Source: Octopus vulgaris
Taxonomy: Eukaryota
Length of the DNA stretch: 64,000 bases
Assembly: GCA_951406725.2 (NCBI GenBank)
Contig: OX597825.1
Span: forward strand, 76,880,001 to 76,944,000
Reading direction: 5' to 3'
The first letter of the stretch is position 1, and every line of letters begins with the position of its first letter. Shown one piece after another: positions 56,706-64,000 of this stretch. The notes under the pieces were generated by a model. The model did no database searches and had not been told where the DNA came from. It saw nothing but the letters and a program-made list of their open reading frames with translations. Both the position numbers and the translations under genes were made by a program.

Positions 56706-57594
56706 ACATAAACAGACGAAAAAGTAAATAAATAAATAGAAGAAAGTGGATTTAGCTACTATTTCTAGCAAGTCTAACGACGACAGGGAAAGCTTTCTCG
56801 CTCTCTCGTTACCCGTGTCTGTTGTTTACTGCCATTCCGATAAGTTTAGGGAACTAAAATTTGAGGAGAAATAACAATGATTTTAGAAAATAAAATTTCC
56901 GTAAGCAATCATAACAATGCATCTAATGTGGTAGCTCAAACGGCAAGAAATAGCAGCTAAATCTTTTCTATCTTACACCCTAATATAGTAAAAGCAAATC
57001 TTATATAATATTATGTGTGTATGTATGTATGTTTATGCATATATCTTTTACTTGTATCAGTCACTTTACTGAGGTCATGCTGGAGCACCACATAAAGGAT
57101 TTAGTTTAACAAATCGACCTCGGTACTATTTTTGAAAAACCTGTTACTTATTCTATTGCTCTCTCCTTGCCGAACCGCTACGTTACGGGGGATAACCACT
57201 CCTTTGTTTGTTGTTTACTATCATAGTGATAAGTTTAGGGGGGCAAGAATTTGGGGATGGGGTGAGAAATAACACAATTTAGGAAAAAATAAAATTTACG
57301 TAAGTAACAATAACAATGCGTTCTAACGTGGTAATTCGAACTGCAAGAAATAGCAGCTAAATCTCTTCTAATTCACATCCTAATGTAGTAAAAGAAAGTG
57401 TTATATAAGAACAAGACTAAGATGTCTGTAGAGAAGGAATGTTTATAGCTGGAATGGTTTTTGGTATTTCGGATTGTAAGAAGTCTTCAGGATCTGCGAT
57501 GATCACCTGGGATTGTACAACGAAAACACCAACAGCGCAGAAGAAAGATTCCCGCGTCAATGTTTGATCCAGAAAAACCAATGTTTGTGTTTAT

Positions 57595-57680
<86 letters not shown>

Positions 57681-57807
57681 TTGTGTGCGTACGTATTTAC
57701 GTAAAGGTATGCAGATGTATGTGAGTATATTTGTATATATGCACATTTGGGCATATATTTATACACGTTTTATATACACACACATATACATACAATCATA
57801 TATATAT

Positions 57808-58178
57808 AGGAGAGGCTGTGTGGCAAGTAGCTTGCTTTCCAACCACATGGTTCCGGGTTCAGTCCCATTCCTTGGTACCTTAGGCCATTGTCTTTGGTCT
57901 CGGGCCGACCAAAGCCGTGTGAGTGGATTTGGTAGACGGAAACTGAAAGAAGCCCGTCGTATATATATATATGCGTGTGTGTGTGTGTGTGAATATGTTC
58001 GTGTGCGTTTGCTCCCCCTCCCCATCGCTAGACAACCGATGCTGGTGTGTTTACATCCCCAAAACAGACCGATAAAATAAGTACTGGGCTTAAAAAGTCC
58101 TGGGGTCGATTTGTTCGACTAAAGGCGGTGCTCCAGCATGGCCGCAGTCAAATGACTGAAACAAATAAAAGAAATAAG
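57808..58178 (+). mobile_element. SINE family A
   Basis: Matches family A. Confidence 0.85.
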
Positions 58179-58184
58179 ACTACC

Positions 58185-58311
<127 letters not shown>

Positions 58312-59085
58312 TATATTTCAAAACACGTGACTGGAAAATTTTGGGGAATTATTTATTCACCATTACACGTGTTTCATTTGCTGATAGAAATCACAAAAAA
58401 AAATGTACACATGTATTAGAAAACGCGTAAGATACGAGTATCTCCGATTAGAAATTCTTCAGACAGAAAATAAAACAATACAAAATTTACACGTTAGACG
58501 AAGCGTTTACAACTACTTAGCAATCAGGAATCCTTTAGATATTAAAAGGGGAGAAAAACATATCTAATAATACAGAAAAGCTATGTTTCGATAGCAATAC
58601 TCCGCAGAAAATATTTTCCAGTATTTTGAACTTTTAAGCAGACTTCACGCAAATTTAACATCAACATACGGATATGGAAAACTGAAATAAGCAGATGTGT
58701 TTCAAGAGAACACAGCTGTGTAGATGTTCAATGTTCCTTATCCATTTAAATTGTCTTGGAATATACACTTAGTAACCTATTTATAATCCAGTGAAGTGAA
58801 ACACTCTGGGATTGTTTACCTTCGATAATAGTCCCAGGTTTATTCCATATCATTCGATTTGGCTAGCCATAACTTGGATTATACTAAGAATGCTTGAATG
58901 GTACCTACCTGGATCTATATAACCTTATCTATTCATATGTGTGTATGTATGTATGTATGTGTGTATGTATGTATGTATATGTATGAATTTATGTATATAT
59001 ATATCAATGTACTCACCCCGATATATATATATATATATATATATATTTGTATATATATATATATATATGTATGTATGTGTATGTA

Positions 59086-59119
<34 letters not shown>

Positions 59120-59141
59120 TGTATGTATGTATATATGTATG

Positions 59142-59172
<31 letters not shown>

Positions 59173-59173
59173 G

Positions 59174-59218
<45 letters not shown>

Positions 59219-59249
59219 ATATATATGTATGTGTATATATATGTATGTG

Positions 59250-59305
<56 letters not shown>

Positions 59306-59369
59306 GCCAAGTGTTGAAATGGTTAACTTAATCACTGACAGACGGAGAGACAAACGGACAGACTGGTAA

Positions 59370-60186
59370 ATTAGAAAGATAGAGAGAGAGGAGCGAGAGA
59401 GAGAGAGGAGTGAGAGAGAGAGAGAGAGAATGGGGGGAGATAGAGAGAACGAGGGAGCAGCAGAGATAAGTAGAAGGAGGAAAGGAAAAGAAAGGAAAGT
59501 TTAGGAGAAGGAGGGGAAAAGTGAGAGGCACAGAGACAGCGAGAAAAGGTGATAGAAAGGTAGAGAGAGAGAGAGAAAGAGAGTGAAGGAGAGAAGAATT
59601 CCGAGAAAGACTGATAGAGAAAAAGTGATAGAAAGGATGAGAGAGATAAAAAGGAATAAGAGTGATACGAGAGAGAGAGAGAGAGAGAGAGAGGGGAAAC
59701 GAGGTTAGTAAGAGAAGAGAGAAAGATAGAAGAATGATAGAAAGAGTGAGAGAGAAAGAAAGTTAGCGGGAAAGGCAGAGCTAAAGTTTGAGAGAGAGGA
59801 GAGATAGAGAGATAGATAGATAGAAAGGTGAAGGGTGATAGACAGAGATACAAAGAGATGTTTAGAAGGGAGAGAAAGAGAGTGGGGAGGGGGAAGAACG
59901 ATAGAAAGGCAGAGAGTGGCGGGGGAGAACGATAGAAAGGCAGAGAGAGAGAGAGAGAAAGTTGGCGAAAAAGGAAGAGCTAAAACGTGAAAGAGGGAGA
60001 GAGATAGAAAGAAAAAACGAAAAGATGATAGGAAGAGAAAGAGAGAAAGAGAACGAGAAGGATAGCGAAGGAAGCGATTGAAAGAAAGAAAGAAGGAAAG
60101 CAAGAAGGTGAGATAGAGGAAGCGAAGAAGGGTGATAGAGCGAGAGAGAGAGAGAGTAAGAGCGAGAGAGAGAGAGAGAGAGAGAG
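59370..60186. repeat. Long polypurine (GA-rich) low-complexity tract upstream of the candidate exon
   Basis: Directly visible. Confidence 0.9.
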
Positions 60187-60264
60187 TGTGTGTTTCCCTC
60201 GTGTGTGAGTCCCCCCCCCACTTTCTCTCTTACTATCGGTGTTAACCTTGGGGAAAGATGAACT

Positions 60265-60355
60265 ATGAAGAGGAGTCCATTTGTGTCCTGCTTATGGGTT
60301 ACAGTTCTTCTACTTGTGGGCGCCGTACTGGATAGCTTGCAGACTCTGAGTGGAG
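60265..60355 (+). CDS. Probable first coding exon encoding a signal peptide (MKRSPFVSCLWVTVLLLVGAVLDSLQTLSG) of a secreted or membrane protein
   Basis: ATG, basic n-region, hydrophobic h-region, non-repetitive sequence. Ends GAG|GTAAGT, a perfect phase-1 donor after 91 nt. Confidence 0.6.
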
Positions 60356-61744
60356 GTAAGTGTATAATAATCATATATATATACGCGTACAGGTATATAT
60401 ATGTATACGTAAAGGTGTGTTTAATATACACGCATTCGTCAGTAAATACACGCAACACGACGACGGCTTATGAAAGCTGCTTACAACATATTTACAGAAA
60501 AGCAAAGCAAAATGCACAACATACAAACAAATTTAAATTCACCATCATCATCATCATAATCGTTTTAATCATCATTATAATAATCATCATCATCGTCGTC
60601 TTTATCGTTTCGTATCGCTTTATTAGTTTTCTTTTTCTCCCTCCTTCAATCAGCTGAATCTTAAAAATTCTTTTGCCGGAACCTTTTAAATGATATAATA
60701 ATGATAATAATAATAATAATAATAGCAATAATAATGATAATAGTAATGATTTCTTTCAATTGCCACAGGGGGCATAGATGAGGTTGGTGGTCGTGGTGGT
60801 GGGGAATCACAAGGGCAGTTTACGATTTCTGTTGGGGTTTATTTAAGAAAAAAAAATGAGGTGAAAGAAAAGGATAATACGATGAAATGAAATAAGAGTA
60901 GCAATATTTATTTCTTTACTGCCCACATGGCGGGGGTGGGGGAGAGGGTGCTAAAGATAGAGGGGGACAAACAAGGACAGACAAAGGGGATTAAGTCGTC
61001 CAGTGCGTGACTGGTACTTGTTTAGTCGACCCCGAAAGGATGAAAGGCAAAGTCGAACCTCGGCGGATTTTGAACTCAGAACGTAACGGCAGACGAAATA
61101 AGAGTAGAGATATTACAGAAACCATGTGAACATGGATTTCTGCTGATACAGGAGAGGGTCCAAATAGGGCCTACCAAGGCGCCCCACAGATCCAGGATAA
61201 CGCTGACCATCGAGGACTCGAAACCCTAACCAAATTGTTGTTGCTTAGAATAGGTCCAGTCGCCCTAACTATTTCACAAATTCACCGATAATAAATGATA
61301 ACGATAATAAATAATTTAATATTCTTTATTTATTTATAATTAAATTAATAAATCTTTCTTTTTGTACTCATTAAAAAAAAAAAAATTATTATTTTATTTG
61401 TTCAAAATTAAAAACAACCGACATTAAAAAAAAAATAAAATAACGAAAATGACTTTTATTAAGAAAAAATAAAATAACCAAAATGACTTTTATTAAGAAA
61501 AAATAAAATAACCAGCGTAAGCACCAAATTAACCTGAACGAAATTAGATTAAGTTACTGCTACTATTACTTAGTAGGCCTTGATATTTTTATAAGGGGTG
61601 GGGCAAAGAAATTCAGTCGCTTAGGTAGGCACTGCTGTTTCCCTCGTAATTTAATTAGTACATATGTAATTACAAGGGAAGAAGACGGAGTGTGCGGTAA
61701 TGGTGGGGGGTGGTGAGGGTGGTGGTTAATTAATAATCTTTTAT

Positions 61745-62162
61745 TTGTTATTTGTTTGAGTCATTTTGGCTGCGGCCATGCTGGGGCAGTATCTTGAAGA
61801 AGTTTAGTTAAACGAATCGAACCCCAGTTTTTTTTTTTATTACTTGAATCTAAGTTTGGTACTTACTCTATCGGTGCCCTTTTGCCGAAGCGCTAAGTTA
61901 CGGGGACGTAAACACATCAAAACCAATTGCCAAGTGGCGGAGTGAGGGGGGTGACAAAACACACACACACACACACACACACAGAGCTATACATGTATAT
62001 ACACGACGAGCTTCTTTCAGTTTCCATCAACCAAATCCACTCTCAAGGCTTTGGTCAGCCTGAGGCTACAGTAGATGACCCTTGCCCTAAGTGCCACGCA
62101 GTGGGACTGAACCCGGAACCATGTGGTTGGGAAGCAACCTTACAACTCAGTCACGCATGCGT
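61745..62162 (-). mobile_element. SINE family A, diverged full length
   Basis: Matches the reverse complement of family A. Confidence 0.8.
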
Positions 62163-63179
62163 CTATATAATAATAATGATTTCTTAAATTATCATCATGC
62201 TGACGCATATGATAACAATTCTTTCTAATTGGCACAAGGCCGGCAATTTTAGGGGCGAGGTACTTAGTCAGTACCATGACCACAGTACATGACTGGGATT
62301 TCATTTCTAACGAAATCTTCCCCATTCTAAAATGACGAAAAGCAGAGTTGATCTCGGTGGGATTTGAACTCAGAACGTAAAGAGCCATAGCAAATACCGC
62401 AAGCGTTCGTCGCTCTGACACAAGCAAGGGTTACCATTTTTGAGATGTGACCCGCATGTGACATGGTACATCACCAGGCGGGCCGCACTACTGAAATAAT
62501 TTAAGGTACTTGAATTATTTCAGTAACAACCAGAGAGTCCCGTGCCCCGCACTTTGCCCATCATTGCTCTAACGGTTGTGCCAGGGCTCGGCCCTCAATT
62601 GTTTTTGATTTTGGCTAAAAGCCACCAATTTAAAGGAGAGTGGGTGGTGGCGGGGAGGCAAGGGCTTTAGTCGATTTCATCGAATTGAGGACTCGACTAG
62701 TTAGTATTTTATTCTATCGATCCGGAGAGGATGAAAGGCAAAGCTGACCTCGGAGGGATTCTTTCAGATATCGTTTACAAGGCTAGAAATTTTGGAGGGG
62801 AACGTGGTGCGAGGGGGGGGGGGGGCTAGTCTGATTCATAATTAATTGATTAATTAATGAATTAACTAATTAAAACTGATGAAACGAACCGTAAAGGAAA
62901 CGCACTCAGACGAACTGTGATTTAGTATACTATATTGTAATAATTACTGCATCCAAATCTTATTCTTATTAACACTCGCAGTTGTTACCTCATAACCACC
63001 ACCACCACCACCACTACTACTACTACTACTACTTCAACTACTACTACTACTACTGCTACTACATAAAGAAGTCGATGTATGTTTATATAATGCTTGTCAT
63101 ATGTCTATATATATAAATCGGCCTTTCTGTGTATACTGTTTACATGTACGAGTAAATACTCTTGTATATTAGGCATGTG

Positions 63180-63229
<50 letters not shown>

Positions 63230-63250
63230 CCTATCTATCTCTCTATCTTT

Positions 63251-63284
<34 letters not shown>

Positions 63285-63335
63285 CTATCTCTCTATCTTT
63301 CTCTCTCTCTCTATCTATCTTTCTCTCTCTATCTA

Positions 63336-63370
<35 letters not shown>

Positions 63371-63418
63371 ATTTGTCTGTCTCTCTCTCCTCTCTCTCTC
63401 TCTCTACCTATCTATCTA

Positions 63419-63499
<81 letters not shown>

Positions 63500-63645
63500 T
63501 TGTCTGTCTGTCTCTCTCTCTCTATCTCTCTCTATCTATTTGTCTGTCTGTATCTCTCTCTATCTATCTATCTCTCTTTCTCTCTCTCTCTCTCTCTCTT
63601 TATCTATCTATTTGCCTGTCTGTCTGTCTGTCTATCTATCTCTCT
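63180..63645. repeat. (TCTA)n/(TCTG)n/(TC)n compound microsatellite
   Basis: Directly visible. Confidence 0.95.
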
Positions 63646-64000
63646 GGATTGTGTATACATTTCAGTGTGTGTGTGTTCGTCTTTGTACCTTCACTTCTTT
63701 ACAACTCGTGTTGCTTTGTTTACATCCCCCACCTTATCCCCTGCAACGTAGCAGTTCAGACCAAAGACGCCGTCAGAATAAGTACTGCTGTTGATTTGTT
63801 TACTTATACAACACAATGCCCCAGCATGGCCGCATTGCACTCCCCGAAAGAAGTACCAATATAAAGTATTATATATTCTCCAAAGGTTTATAAGTATGAC
63901 CGAGCAGGGTTTACATGTATATATATATGTAGGTTTTACATGACAGTATAGGTGTATATAACCTATGTAGTATTTGTGTGTATAAAGCGCTTACATGGAA

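Noticed and set aside
58580-58610. Minus-strand CTGCGGAG...TCGAAAC hammerhead-like string
   Set aside because: Core altered and stems I and III unsupported.

Overview
Eukaryotic, microsatellite-saturated non-coding DNA. The repeat content (three tRNA-derived SINE families, huge TA/TACA/GATA/TAA tracts) looks like an Octopus genome; this is inferred from recalled repeat families, not a database search. Nearly all ORFs in the track are translated microsatellites. Supported content: many SINE copies, two R4/Dong-like RLE LINE fragments, a Tx1/L1-like fragment in (GATA)n, a solo LTR with a 4-bp TSD, mariner remnants and MITEs, a CCCTAA-rich minisatellite, one probable signal-peptide exon (60265-60355, +) and a strong AG|GTAAGT recursive-splice-like site (11063). 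The most notable signal is a set of about 10 short, ORF-less inserts, mostly in (TA)n tracts. They carry minimal type-I hammerhead-ribozyme motifs, often with a palindromic stem III, and often fold-back inverted arms, as expected for non-autonomous Penelope-derived or retrozyme-like elements.
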